A DNA stretch of 64,000 nt from assembly GCF_009914755.1 (NCBI RefSeq), contig NC_060925.1. One strand, given 5' to 3'. Below are positions 13,031 through 25,564 of the stretch, in pieces. The translations under genes and the position numbers were made by a program. Within the stretch, counting starts at the first letter, position 1, and each line of letters starts with the position of its first letter. The notes under the pieces were generated by a model. That model saw only the letters and a list, made by a program, of their open reading frames with translations, made no database searches and was not told the origin of the DNA. The stretch comes from the human T2T-CHM13v2.0 reference genome, Homo sapiens.

Positions 13031-14599
13031 TTAGAGAACTGGCTTACCTAATATTCTCCTAGCTCTACTGTACACTCTGGAGACCAAAATGTTTAGTAGT
13101 TGCACATAAGGGCTTTGGAGCTGGCTTGCACTTTGCACAGTGATGGGACCAGGTGAGCTCTCAATAAATGATAGCTGTTGTCATTTTCAGCATGGGAGTT
13201 CGGCAGCCCACAACCTGGGCACAGACCTGATACCTGCGTCCTTGACTATCTGTTCTGTTTTTGTGCAGACTTGTGCTTGGACCGCAGGAATTTTCTATCA
13301 TCTGCATGCAATGCCTACTGATGACACACTATCACAATAAAGGCCACCTGAGTCTATGCAGGGGAAAGCTTCCTTCGTGGGAGGCCTATCTGAATGGATG
13401 TGGCCTGCAGGAGGCCCTTGGAGCAGAGGCTCAGCCTCTGACTCACACTGAGCTGTCCCCCATCCGGTTAAGGCCAGCCCAGGAGCCGCCCACCTCTCCT
13501 GCACCCGCTGCCTTCTTGGCACAGACCTCTGGCTGCAGCCTTTGGGCTCCAGGCTGCAGAATTACTCACTCGCAGATTCTTCCTTTGGCATCTGCCAGGA
13601 TCCAGGAAGAGGGCTTTGTAGTCTCTCTGTCTCACTTAGCTTTTTCCCTGCCTCCTTTATCAGTTGAATTGCTAAAGCCAAAGCTGAATTTCTCTCCCAT
13701 TTCCTCCAAGGACCAGTATCCGGTAGGAATCATCTCTGCACTTGGGAGGCTAGGGAGAAGTCAAACACCAGGTCTGGCTCTTTGCCCCTGGAGGAAGAGT
13801 TAGTCACTTGGTTACTGCCGGCTGAAATCGACTGGAGATGTCACAGGGAGAAAATGCTTTCCTATGAGTTAGTGGAGCATGGTCTCCACAAAAATTGCCT
13901 TTTTACTGAACAGAGAAAGTGGCAAACTGATGTCCTCTTCACAGAGTTCTGACTTTAGTCCTCTAGCTGCTGCCATTAGCAATTCCTTTCCATCCAGTGC
14001 ATAGAAGTCACAGGAGGCATGTCACAAAAATGGGGAGTAGGGAGGAGAAAAATTAGATGTGTACACACATGATCTCATTTTGTCACCACAGCAACCTAAT
14101 TGTCATTATCCTGATTTTTTAAAAGGTAAAACTTGAGGTGGTGAATGCTTGTCCAAGATCATGGAGTTGGTGACTGGCAGAGCCGACATATGGACCCAAG
14201 TCCTTTCAATGCCAAATCCACTGTAGGGGAAATGGCCCTTCTGTCTCTTTCTCTCCCTCTGTCTCCCCTTTTCCTCTTGATTCCATGTGTCACCTTCCCC
14301 ACTCCCAGTCTCGAAGGGGTCAGAGGATTATATGACACAACACAATGCCTTGCATACAGTACTTGCTCAATAAATGCACATTAAATTTGAATTGCTATGC
14401 CATGCCTTTTATGAACATTTGCATTTTCAAAAAGGACTCTTAGAAAAGATAATACTTAATACCAAGGACTAAATGGTGAATTTCCAGCACAGGAGATCTC
14501 TAGTGGGATGTTTATTTCCTCCATCCCTTCTTCCTCTCCCTCTTCCTTCCTTCCTTCCTTCTTCTCGTGTTCTCTCCTTCAGAACAAACACCAACACTA

Positions 14600-15030
14600 T
14601 CCTAACTACTTTATAAATATTTACTTATTTAATCCTCATTACCACTGTGTGATGTAGATACCATTATTGTTAGCAATATCCCATTTTGGAAATAAGTAAA
14701 TGGGCATAGAGTGGCTTAGTTATCTGCCCAGAAACACACAACTTATAATAGGCAGAGCAGGAGTTTGAAGGTGGGCACTTGGCCTCTTTAACCATTGCTG
14801 GTATCCCTGTCCAGGCACAGATAGCTTCCTGGAGCCATTTCCATCTCTCACATGAACTTGACATTGCAATTTACAAGGTTTGTTCAAATAGGGTCTCATT
14901 CTATTTGATTCTCACCACCATTTGTGAAGTCTGGACTTTGCTTCCTATTTACAATAGAGAAAGCCCAAGCTTGGAGAATTTAAGTGACTTGCATAAGGTC
15001 ACACAACTGCTATGTTAGCAGAGCTTGGGA
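14600..15030 (-). mobile_element. Two MIR elements
   Basis: atttaatcctcattaccactgtg...ccattttgg; atttaagtgacttgcataaggtcacacaact. Confidence 0.7.
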
Positions 15031-15170
15031 GCCAAACCATTTTATGGTCCCCTAATTTCTATGAATGAAGCTGGTGCTGAAGAATTAGAACTGGCCAGAA
15101 CAACACTTTGAGCAGGAAGAAAGTGCTCATTGTGATAATTTTTTTTTTCTTGAAAGTTGGATAGAGAAAA

Positions 15171-15175
<5 letters not shown>

Positions 15176-15210
<35 letters not shown>
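15176..15210. repeat. (TG)~17 microsatellite
   Basis: Pure TG run seen directly. Confidence 0.95.
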
Positions 15211-15214
<4 letters not shown>

Positions 15215-16299
15215 GTCATAAAAGTATTTCTCAGAACTTGAGGTTTTAATAAAATGTGAAAAACATTTTTACCAGCACCCTCTTTTCCCTCCTGGTTTTT
15301 AGGTACTGCATAATTTAAAGAAATGCAATCCATATGTTTGATTATTCATACTTCCATCATCAAAAAATATTGTTGATCCTTTGAGGAGCTTTTGATGTTC
15401 TAGAAACCATTTTTTTTTTTTTTAGGGCAAGGGAGAAGAGAGACTTTTTTTTTTTTTTTTAAAAGCATCCTTCCTTTTCCTACTATTTTGTTTCCCTTGA
15501 AAAAACATTTTTTGGCATTTGAGTGGGAGATGAACAAGTAGTCACTAGAATAGTCCATTTTTTTCCCCTTTAGGTTTTTAATATAGTGATATGTACAGAA
15601 ATGCAGTTCTCAACTTTAGGGTTCTCTGATATGGTGGGGAGGGGAGTTAATATTTATGGAATTCTTACCTTGCAGTCACTTTATCTACATCTTCTTAGGT
15701 GGTGTTTCTAATACACAGGAAAGAGGTGTCATTGGCTCCATTGTATAGAAGAGGAGAGTGAGGCTCAAAGTCTGGAGAGTTGTACTGCTGGGACACAAAC
15801 CCAACTTTGCCTGGCCCTGAAGCTGTGGTGTTCATACGTTTCAGCTCCTTCAAGAGAATACAAGGGTGTTTACCATCCTGTGAAGACATTACCTAATTGT
15901 ATTCAATCACGACCCCTACATCCCTAGCCAGCACCTATGCCACTCCCTTGTAGGAGCTCTTGCTCACCTTTACAGGAAGTGGGAGCTAAGGGTTAGTTCA
16001 TGCAGCTTAAATGCCACCTCCTCGAGGAGGCTTTCTCAGCCTTCTGCCTAAAAAAGCCCTTCACCTATGCTCCATCACTTAAATCTACTGTAAATGGCAA
16101 TGTAGCACTTTTCACAAGATGATATTTTTCTCGTTTATCTATTTTTTTCTGTTTATTATCTATCTCCACTCCTTTCTTCTTCCCCCTAGAAGTAGCAGAA
16201 ATCCCTGACATATAGAAGCCACTTAAGAAATATTTGTTGAAGAAAAGCCTGTCTTATCCATCACTGTATTCTTAGGCTCTGAAACAGACTAGGTATTTA

Positions 16300-16500
16300 A
16301 CAATAATACTATCCAATATTTACTGAGCACTTACCATGTACCAAGCATTCTTTGAAGGATTTTACACGTATTTTCTCATATTAACTGCCTCTGAGGTAGT
16401 TACAGTTATTATTCCCATTTTACAAATGGGGAAACTGAGGTACAGAAAGGCCAAGATCCTACAGCAAGCAAGAAGTAGAGCTGAGTTTCAAATTCAGACA
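16300..16500 (-). mobile_element. MIR
   Basis: atttactgagcacttaccatgtaccaagca...cccattttacaaatggggaaactgagg. Confidence 0.85.
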
Positions 16501-16559
16501 CTCATGACCCCAGGGCTGGGCTCTGAATTACAATTCTAAGTGTTCGATGAATCAGTGAG

Positions 16560-16980
16560 GGATTGAGAGAACTATAGCTAAGTAGAATATGGAGTTTTGA
16601 AGGCATGGAAGAAGCAAGGTGCTAAGTATAGAGGAGATAATTCATCGCAGCTGAAAGAATTTAACTTTTTGGAGAAGTTGACAGTCTTAGGATGGGTAGG
16701 ATATCAACATGTGCATTTCGGAATTCAGAGTTAGAACAGTGGCTAGGATAGAGAAAGGACAGGTTATGCACAGAAAAGGGAGGGAGGGAGGAAGGAGTGG
16801 GAAATGAGGCTGGAAAGGGAGGAGGAGGGCAGAAAGTGGAGGACTTTGAATGTCAGGCCAACAGATGTGGCCTTGATGGTGTGCAGGTAGTGTGCCATGA
16901 GGGGTTTCCACACAGAGAAATGCCATGATCAGAACCTCTTGCTTTAGGTGGTTTTGAGCCCTGCATTTATGCTGCATCTA
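16560..16980 (-). mobile_element. L2 fragment
   Basis: gggactttgaatgtcaggcc...gccatgaggggtttcc...ccatgatcaga resembles antisense L2. Confidence 0.55.
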
Positions 16981-17399
16981 CTGTAGTTTGGATGGTGTCT
17001 CAATCTTCTCATTTCATCTGCACAGTAATCCCACAAGGTCCAGATTACTATTCCCGTTTTACAGATGACACTGTGGATGTTCAGAGAGTTGAATTTTCCC
17101 AAGTATCAGCTATTAACTATTAGAAGTAGGACTTTAATTCCCCTATGCCCGTGCCATTTCCACCACCAGGTAAACACTTCCACAACCCCAGGGAGAAAGG
17201 AATGATGCCACTGTACCCATCTCACCTTCCCGAGGGAAAGGAAGATAATTCCCTGGTCGCTTCTCCTTCTCAACCTAGAAGGCTGTTTCCAGGGGAGAGA
17301 GTTTCTGATGTGGTGGGAGGAGCCAGAGGATGGGGTAGTTAGGAGTGGGCTGGGGCGTTGGTGGAGAGAGAGCCTTGTAGAGGAGGGGAGGGCTGGAAG

Positions 17400-17850
17400 A
17401 GAGACAGCAAATTGTTTCGGGATGGAATTTTCCAGACAGGGCCTCAGTCAGAGAACAAATGTGCCTTCTGAATTTTCGCTATAATTGTTATTGACCTTTA
17501 GTGAAATGATCAAAATTACTGTGCTGTACCCCTCCACCCCTACCCCTTTTTCACAAAATTGTTTTCCCTGACTTTTCAAAAATGAAGTTTGGCAAGCCTA
17601 AGCCCTGACAGCCAGCCGACTGTGGGAAAACAATGCACCTCCTTATGGCCCCAAATGGAGCATTTGCAATTAATCCATTGATCTCAGTAGAAAACCCTAT
17701 TGTATCAGGGCCCGCCAGGAGAAAGCTGTATCCTGCCCCTCTCCCGCCCTGCACAGAACGTTCATTGAAGTCAGCCCCCAAATTGATGGCAGGATGTGGC
17801 CCTAAAAGCCTCCAAATTAAAGGGGCCCAGAAAATAATGTAGGCTGGGTG
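17400..17850. promoter_or_regulatory. Candidate developmental enhancer (repeat-free, homeobox/SOX/RBPJ motifs)
   Basis: TAATTG 17482, TGACAG 17606, TGTGGGAA 17621, AACAAT 17629, TAATCC 17671, CTATTGT 17697, TTGATGG 17783; function is inferred only. Confidence 0.4.
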
Positions 17851-19469
17851 GCGGAAGCTGGGATGGGGATTGGGGAGGTAGGAGAGAATGGGGGAGGGGA
17901 AAGGGTTTCCTTTTGAATCTGTGCAGGAGCAGAGGAGCAGGCATGTCTTTGTCCACGGGGTTGCAAACTATGAGGTGTTTCTGGTCATCCTTACTCTGCT
18001 TTCCTTAGTTTGTTCTGAGGTTTCAGACCCTTAGCTATCTAGTTTGCTGATTGGGCCTCTGTTGCTCCTACCACTGATAAAATGGACAATAATGATACTG
18101 GGATCTATAGAGCATTGTTTGGATACCACTCCCTCTGTATCACCTAATTTACTTCTCCAACAGCTTTGTGGTAAAAGTCATGGAGATTATGAGGGCTATC
18201 TCCTGTTGAGTGGGTCCTGCCTGCCAGGTCCTGCTTTACATATTCTTTTTCATTTAACTCTTCAAATCCTGGAAGTAAACTGAGCTGGGTTATGGTATAG
18301 TTTGGCCAGTTGAACAGGAACTCAATCTACCAGGGTTCAAATGGGATTAAGTATCACTGGAAATAGGAGACATATTTTAAGAGCTCTGAGACAGAACAAT
18401 GTACGTGGCTGGAAGAAGGTTAGATAAACTGTCTGAGGGGAGGAATAAGCCTGCAAGTGGCTAAACTATCTTCCATGGAGGGTGGATTGAGATGATCACA
18501 GGACTCGTTTTTGCTGAGCCACATGGAGCGCTTAGTGGGATGCTGCCATCCTGGGGCATCAGGCGTGCTTGTGAGGTTGTGCCCTGCATAACTCCAGCTC
18601 CTGGACCTGCCATGCATGCTCTCTTAGCTCTTCCCTCATCCAATACATTCTCTTCTAAAGAATGTTAAATAAATATTCGAAGAGTCATAAGCCCTTCAGG
18701 AAGACCTATGGTGTCAGCCCTGGTGGTGGGTATTCTCATTTTATAGGTGAGAAAACTGAGGTTCCATGAGGTAGAATGACATGCTTGAGGGTACACAACT
18801 ATTAAATATTTGATTCCAGGTCAACAAAAATATAAGCTCTAGGAAAACTGGGGTCGTTTTAGTCTCACTCAGAGATATATACACCACCTCTATCTAGCTT
18901 GGCATCTGGCATGTAGTTTGTACTAAAAAAAATTTGTTACATAAACAAATAAACTGCTTTTTGCTCTTTTTTAGGCTATGTGGGGCTCTGGCTCCTTTCT
19001 GTCTGCCTGGCTGCTATACTGCTATTTGTCTGATCCTTATGTTGTTCAACAATCCTTCTACAAGGATCTTCTGATAAGATAGGCTCAACCAACCTCGTTA
19101 GCCAGACTGGTCTGCCCAGCTCCTGTCTTCACAGTGGCTCCTCACTTCCCCATTCCTCTCTGCCCCTGCCTTCTATGTGGTAATTCCCTTTTTAAAACAA
19201 TAATTAAAAATGAAAAAGAGAGTGGTGAACACGCTGAATTGTTGAAGCTTTTGTAGTCTGAGCTGTGAAACCTCATCTCTGAGTGCAGCTGTGCATCCCA
19301 AGGGCTCAACTTGAGGAGGCTTCAGATCAGTAAGCAGATGCTTCAAAGTGCTCACACTGAAGCTTCCTTCTCTTTGAAAAGGCTGCAGGAGTAGGTATGG
19401 GGTGGCCACACCCATCAACCAGCACCAGACTGAGCCCCAAAGAGACCAGCTTGGGTACCAAACCACAGG

Positions 19470-19620
19470 ACAGAGTATCTTTTGAGTCCTCATAACAGCT
19501 CTGAGGGGTAGATGTTATTGTCCCCACTGCATTGCTGAAGAAACTGAGGCTCAGATGTGTTGAGTCATTTGCTAATACATGCAGGAGCCAGGATTCAAAA
19601 GCAAGGCTTTCTGTCCAATT
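19470..19620 (-). mobile_element. MIR
   Basis: gaagaaactgaggctcagatgtgttgagtcatttgc...gccaggattcaaa. Confidence 0.75.
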
Positions 19621-20389
19621 CCACTTTCTTCTCATTCCCTCATTTTCTGAGCGCAGCTGAGGCTCTGGGGTGAGTGAAGATCAAATCCGAGTTTCCGTCC
19701 TATTTTCCCCTCAGGATCGCTCTCACAGAGTCATTCTGAAGATGGAAGCAGAATCAGAACAGAGCTTGTGTGTTTTGTTATGTCTCACCTCTTTTTCCCA
19801 AGATTTCAAAGGCATGGGCCCATTTATCTAGACACTCAAGTTCTCAACAGGGGCGTTAGCAGCTGGGGAGTGGAATGTTGTTTGGAAAGGATGAAACAAC
19901 ACTGGCAGTGTTTATATTCAATTCCGGAGACCTGGTTAGAAAAATATTTTTAAAAAACGGAAGGAAGAGTAACCATGCACTTACAAAATGTGGCCTCCTT
20001 ATCGTGAGGGACTTTTGCCCTTGGATTCTATTCCCAGGAGTAGACATGTCCAGCCTCAGACTGCCGTTAGGAGATGAAAGGGAATCTTTCAACATTTCCT
20101 CCTATTGTTTGTGCTTTCTCTCTGCTTTGTCACCATCATATTCATTATTGGAATTTTGTTAATGTGCCATTTCTCCCCTGGAAACAAAAGAGAAGAGCTG
20201 TCAAAGCAAAGCAGGAAAGACGTGTGGCTTACTCCTAAGTGAGTAATTATCATGTGTCTTGGAATGGTTGGCTGCTTCCAGTTGAAGATGTTTGAGCTAA
20301 AAAGGAAGACACATAAGCATCCAGTGAAGTGAAAGATGGGGGAATCCACCTGGCTGCGGGAGGTGGCTTAGAGCCCACAGTAAGGCATG

Positions 20390-20600
20390 GGGAGGGCTGA
20401 ATATGACTTGGGAACTAGAACACCTGAGCTCAAATCCTGATTGCACTCTGTACAAGCTGTATGACCTTGAGCAAGGTACTTACCATCTCTGAACTTCACC
20501 AAGTTCATCACATAGACAGGAATTCTGTCTATGTGTTGTGTGTTCTTGTGAAAATGAAATATGAGAGAATATGAAAGTGCCCGGTACGTGGTAGCTTTCA
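20390..20600 (+). mobile_element. MIR
   Basis: cctgagctcaaatcctg...agctgtatgaccttgagcaagg...ctctgaacttca. Confidence 0.75.
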
Positions 20601-20670
20601 AATATGTCTTTTTCCTTCTTTCTTTCTCCTGTTAACATCCCTTCTACCTGCACAATCTCCAACATGAACC

Positions 20671-21342
20671 TTTTTTTTTTTTTTTTTTTTTTTTTTGAGA
20701 TAGAGTCTTGCTCTGTGGCCCAGGCTGGAGTCTGGAGTGCAGTGGTATGATCTTGGCTCACTGCAACCTCCATGATATGGTTTGGCTGTGTCCCCATTCA
20801 AATCTTAACTTGAATTGCATCTCCCAGAATTCCCACATGTTGTGGGAAGGACCCAGGGGGAGGTAACTGAATCATGGGAGCTGGTCTTTCCCATGCTATT
20901 CTCATGATAGTGAATAAGTCTCATGGATATGATGGGTTTATCAGGGATTTCTGCTTTTGCTTCTTCCTCATTTTCTCTTGCCACTGCCATATAAGAAGTG
21001 CCCTTTACCTCCCACCATGATTCTGAGGCCTCCCCAGCCATGTGGAACTGTAAGTCCAATTAAATGTCTTTTTCTTCCCAGTCTCGGGTATGTCTTTATT
21101 AGCAGGGTGAAAACAGACTAATACACTCTACCTCCCAGGTTCAAGTGATTCTTCTGCCTCAGCTTCCCGAGTAGCTGGGATTACAGGTGGCTGCCACCAC
21201 ACCCAGCTAATTTTTGTATTTTTAGTGGAGGCCAGGTTTCACCATGTTGACCAGGATGGTCTCAAACTCCTGATCTCAAGTGATCCACCCGCTTTGGCCT
21301 CCCAAAGTGCTGGATTATAAGCATGATCCACCGTGCCTGGCC
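20671..21342 (-). mobile_element. AluS (Sz/Sx-like) split by THE1A
   Basis: Poly-T and right arm to 20772, resuming at 21126; TSD caac(a/g)tgaa(c/g)c. Confidence 0.9.
20773..21125 (+). mobile_element. THE1A MaLR solo LTR nested in an Alu
   Basis: tgatatggtttggctgtgtcccc...gactaataca; THE1A-type ggtttatcagggatttctgcttttgcttcttcctcattttc; TSD ctcca/ctcta. Confidence 0.9.
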
Positions 21343-21574
21343 CAACGTGAAGCTTTTGAGATGGCCAAGTGAAAGAAACAGGAACAGTATGAACAAGAAA
21401 CCTCAAGCACTGGCAACTTAATTTATCTAATGAGGAATTGTATGTATGTTTGTATGTATTTGTGTTTTGGAGCAATAATTCAGAGCAGAGAAGAAAAGAA
21501 TATTTCATTGAGGTTATCTGTCCATGTGGGTTTTCAACACTGCTGTGACTATTAATTAGAGTGTGTATAATTAA

Positions 21575-22080
21575 GCCTACCATTTACAAAGCGCCTGTTC
21601 TATCCTGGGTATTGTTGGAATATTATCTTGTTTAATCCTTACAACCACCTTATGTAGTAGGAATTGTCATGCAAATTTCCACACAAGGAATTAAGGCTGA
21701 GAGAAATGGTCAGTAGTGGAGTTACAATTTTAATTCAGCTTTTTCTGATTCCAAAGCTACTCCTACTACCACTGAATTTCAAAAGCTCTTGTGATCTCTA
21801 ACACTCATGTTAGTATTTAGTATGTACAATATTGTGTCCACTCATACATTCAGTCAAGGAGCTGTCATGTGCTAGGAACTACTCTAAAATGGGGGGATTC
21901 CAACTTGTAGAAGATGGTCTTTACCAATTATCTAAAAATTTTGAACTTCAGGTATTTTTTTTTAACCTGTAAGTGGGAAAACTAATATTTACCTGATACT
22001 TTGAGAGGATTACATTAATAAATGTATGAAAAGCACTTTAGAGTGTACTTAGTATATGCAAGGTGCTCGCATAAGTCTTA
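21575..22080. mobile_element. Two MIRs (21575-21770 minus, 21920-22080 plus)
   Basis: tttaatccttacaaccacc; gaggattacattaataaatgtatgaaaagcactt. Confidence 0.7.
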
Positions 22081-22084
22081 GAAC

Positions 22085-22540
22085 ACTCAAACCAGGCAGT
22101 TTGAGGTGAAGAGTTATTGAAAGAGTTACAGGCATAGAGAAAGCAATGAAGGATCTTGCTAGATCTGAAGGCTAGCAACAGAAGGGCACTGTTATCTTCC
22201 CCGGGCCTGAAAGGGTGAGGGGAAGGCATGGTCATGGAACCAGGAGGAGGTAGCCTCATAGAGAGGGCTGTAGCCTTTCAAGAGCTGTGGTCTTTGGTAG
22301 AGAAATGCAGCTAACCCACAGCAACCTGACAGAAAAGGAGCCAGGAGAGGAAATACCCTAACCTCACTCTCCTTTCAGTTCTGATCTCCTGCTGGTGGCA
22401 CCCATTGGCCAAAACCAACTGGAGACTGGGGACAAGGGAGCCCCTTGATATCATCTACATGGTCAGCCTCCAGGGGCACAGAGCTGGATAGGGTAGTGCA
22501 GAGAGTGGATCTAGTTGGGCAGAAAAAGTATCCAGCTGCA
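22085..22540 (-). mobile_element. LTR33 (ERVL) solo LTR
   Basis: cccattggccaaaaccaactggag...caagggagccc...ggtcagcctccaggggcacagagc...gagagtggatct...tatccagc. Confidence 0.8.
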
Positions 22541-22729
22541 TATTCCATAAATATTGAATTCAAATCCCCAATCTGAAATTGCTTGTAGTCAAATAAGAAA
22601 GATCAGACTCTTACCTAATGTTCACAATACAGGACAGGGTGGGTGAGTCTATCACAGTAGGCTTGAGTTGGACTAGATGCTACCTCATGTTTGTCACAGC
22701 CTGCAGTGTGTCCTCAATGTCTCACAAAG

Positions 22730-23330
22730 CTCAGACTCTTCAAAGCAGGCCTTGAAGACCCTCTACACTGGGGCTCAGCTCACATGTCCTCCTCTCACCT
22801 GATGTAGTGGCCAAATTGGATTGCTCACGGTTCATGGTGTTTTCCTAAGCACAGTTACACCTCTGTGCTTTGACGGAAGTGCTTCCTCCAGCACAGCAGG
22901 CCCTGCTCTGCTGCCTTCCCCCAGCCCTTTTAAGCTCTCAGGGCACATACCACCTGCTCAATGAATCCTCCTCTGCTCACTCCCACTCAGATTTTTAGCA
23001 TGATTTTCCTGTGCTTCTGCAGTATAGGGCTTGCTTATCTGGGTAAGGCATACTTCATTCAACAAACATTTCATTCAGCAAACATTTACTGAATGTCTAT
23101 AGAGTTCCTGGCACTGTGCAAAAAGGGACTACAAAGGGAATGAAGCCTGGTTCTTTCTCTTAAGAAGCTCTTATTCTTCCTGGAATTAGCATTCTCCTTC
23201 TACTTAACCATCTCCCCACTAGACTATGGGTGTGCTGAGGACAGGGAATCAGCTTAATTATCTTTGTGCTCTCAGTGCTTAGCAACCATGTGGCACAGAA
23301 GTCTTTCAGGAAATGTGAAGCTATAGAAGA
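22730..23330. mobile_element. L2 (+) with an inverted L2 3' end at about 23055-23180
   Basis: ttcattcaacaaacattt...cctggcactgtgc (minus) followed by ccccactagactatg...gaggacaggga...tggcacag (plus). Confidence 0.7.
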
Positions 23331-24089
23331 AAAAAGAGAGAAAGAGGAAGAAAGGATAGAAGAAGTTAGTTAATTTATTCCACAGCTGTTTGCGAAGTGC
23401 CTAAAATATGCCAGGTCCTAATGAGCAATGAATAGTACACAGGCTACCCACATACGGGTGTGTGTGTGTGGGGGGGTGGCGGTGCACATGAAGACTCAGA
23501 ACTTAGTGGTGAGTGTCTATGAAGCTCTGAGAACAAATCAGAGGATGCCCCTCTTGACTAGCTTTCTGAACTGAAGCTTTCCGAATCCACAGGAAAGAAG
23601 AGAGGGACCTAACTGGATGCCCAACTGAGCTACTGAGTGGTGGTTAAAGGGACTCTTCAAATAATTTCAGAAAGCAGGTGATTTTTGCAATTGCAGGCTT
23701 ATAGGCATATGATATTTGGATGATATAATTTCTTTAATTGAAAGTGTTATCTTAACCAGGGAGTTTTGCAAAACCCCAAAACAAAGACATCTGTTGCTGT
23801 TTTTGTTCTTTTCCCCAGCAAACAATCTGGTGGTGAAAAATAGGAATGACTAAATGGAACACCAGGGAAAATCATGGATTTGAAAAACAAACCCCTACAT
23901 CTTTAAGAGGGGGGCAACTAATCATGGCACAAAACAGGCACTTCTGAATAGAGTTTTCTGTGAAATCTTGGGTCATTATAACTCTACTTATTTTCATATC
24001 AATAATTATTAATACAGAACCAATGAGATGAGCTTATGGCAAGTTTAGTGCACTTCTCTGTTGTCCATGGACCTTAGCTATTAGCTCTG

Positions 24090-25560
24090 TATGCTGGTGG
24101 TTTGGCTAAATCTTTACACCAGATCCTTTAATCCATCTGCCTCCTGGACATCTTCTCTTGATGGCCCAAAGGTACCTCAAACTCAGCTGCTCAAAATTAA
24201 TCTCATCAGTCTACCGGAACCTGCTTCTTCTGAATTCTCCATTTTGGGGAATGTCCTGCCAAGTCAGAAACCTCTCAGGACCTTCTCTCTCCTGCAAACC
24301 TTGCAGAAGCTGAAATCAAAATCTGTTGTCTCTCTGTTGGAAAGATTCTGCACTCTGCTGCCTCTTCTTCACCCCCACTACTTCTGTCTCCCACTCTCTG
24401 GTTACTGCAATGATTCTGCCTCTCTCTAGGCCTTTATTCAACCTTGACCATGACCTATAGGGAAATGGCAGGAAGCAGAATTCACCTCACATGATTCAAA
24501 TGAAGAAACATTAATGAAGGAACTGCTTAGAGGGGTGGAGAAGGGTTAATGGAATAAACAAGGGATATTGAGGCACCTAGAGACTAGCAACAGTTGGAAG
24601 CTGTTATCTCTACAACCAAAGGGACAAGGGAGAGAAACAGATATTGAAGCCCAGTGAGAACTGGAACTGTGGAGGAAGGGCTGCCCAGTGGGGCATAGCC
24701 AGAGAGGCCGTGTGGCAATAGGGAGAGAGCAGGAGAGAAATCACACAATGCACTGTCTACCCACTTTCCCCCTGTTGGTACTTCCCATTGTTTGGACCCG
24801 GAGCCTAGTTCAGGGGAGCCCAGAAGAAACAGTCTGCAAGGGCCAGCCTCCTGGGCACAGAGCAGAGCAGAAAAGTGCTGAGAATGCATCTGGGGCATGG
24901 AAAAGGAGGAAAGAGAATCACAAGCCTCTCCCCTCTTATCCATTCTACACTCTGATACCCGAGTACTCTTCAAATACCCCGACTATGTCTCTCCTCTGAC
25001 TGAATCACTTTAGAAACTCCTCATTTCACTCAAGATAGAAAATCACAGCTCCTCAAGCTAGCATTGAATCTCCCCACTGCCACTGACCTCTCTAGTCCCG
25101 CCTATCACTACTCCTGGTGCTTACCTGACCCCCCGCCCCCAGTTCTACTTCCAGGCCCCTGAATATACCATGCTGTTCTAAATCTTCATGGCTTAGTGAA
25201 TGTTCATTTCTTTTCCTGAAATAGCCTCTCCCTCCCCACCCAAACCTTTCCAACACCACCTGCCTGGTGAGCTGCAAGTCTTCCTTTCAAGCCTAGTTCA
25301 GATGTCACCTTCTCTGGGAAGTCTCCTCTAACCATTCCACTCCTCGACCTGAATTAATCACCCCTGCCTCTGAACAATCTTCATCATACACATTTACATT
25401 TTCACTATTGACACACTTTATGACTTTCTCTTGATCATGTCTGTACCCCCCAGCTAGACTGGTAGGTCCCTGAAGGCGAAGGCTGTGTATTATTCATCTT
25501 GGCCTACTAGCTAATTGTCATAGTTCCTGGAACATTAAATCTGTTCAGTAAACATTTAAG
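24090..25560 (+). mobile_element. L2 interrupted by LTR33
   Basis: ctgcctcctggacatc...ggtacctcaaactcagc; later tagttcagatgtcaccttctctgggaag...ctagactgg...aaacattt. Confidence 0.7.
24455..24925 (-). mobile_element. LTR33-family solo LTR
   Basis: ggcacctagagactagcaacag...cttcccattg...gccagcctcctgggcacagagcagagcag. Confidence 0.75.
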
Positions 25561-25564
25561 GAAT

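Noticed and set aside
13261-13803. 180-aa ORF
   Set aside because: Non-ATG start, low-information S/P/L-rich composition, no recognisable domain or clear exon boundaries.
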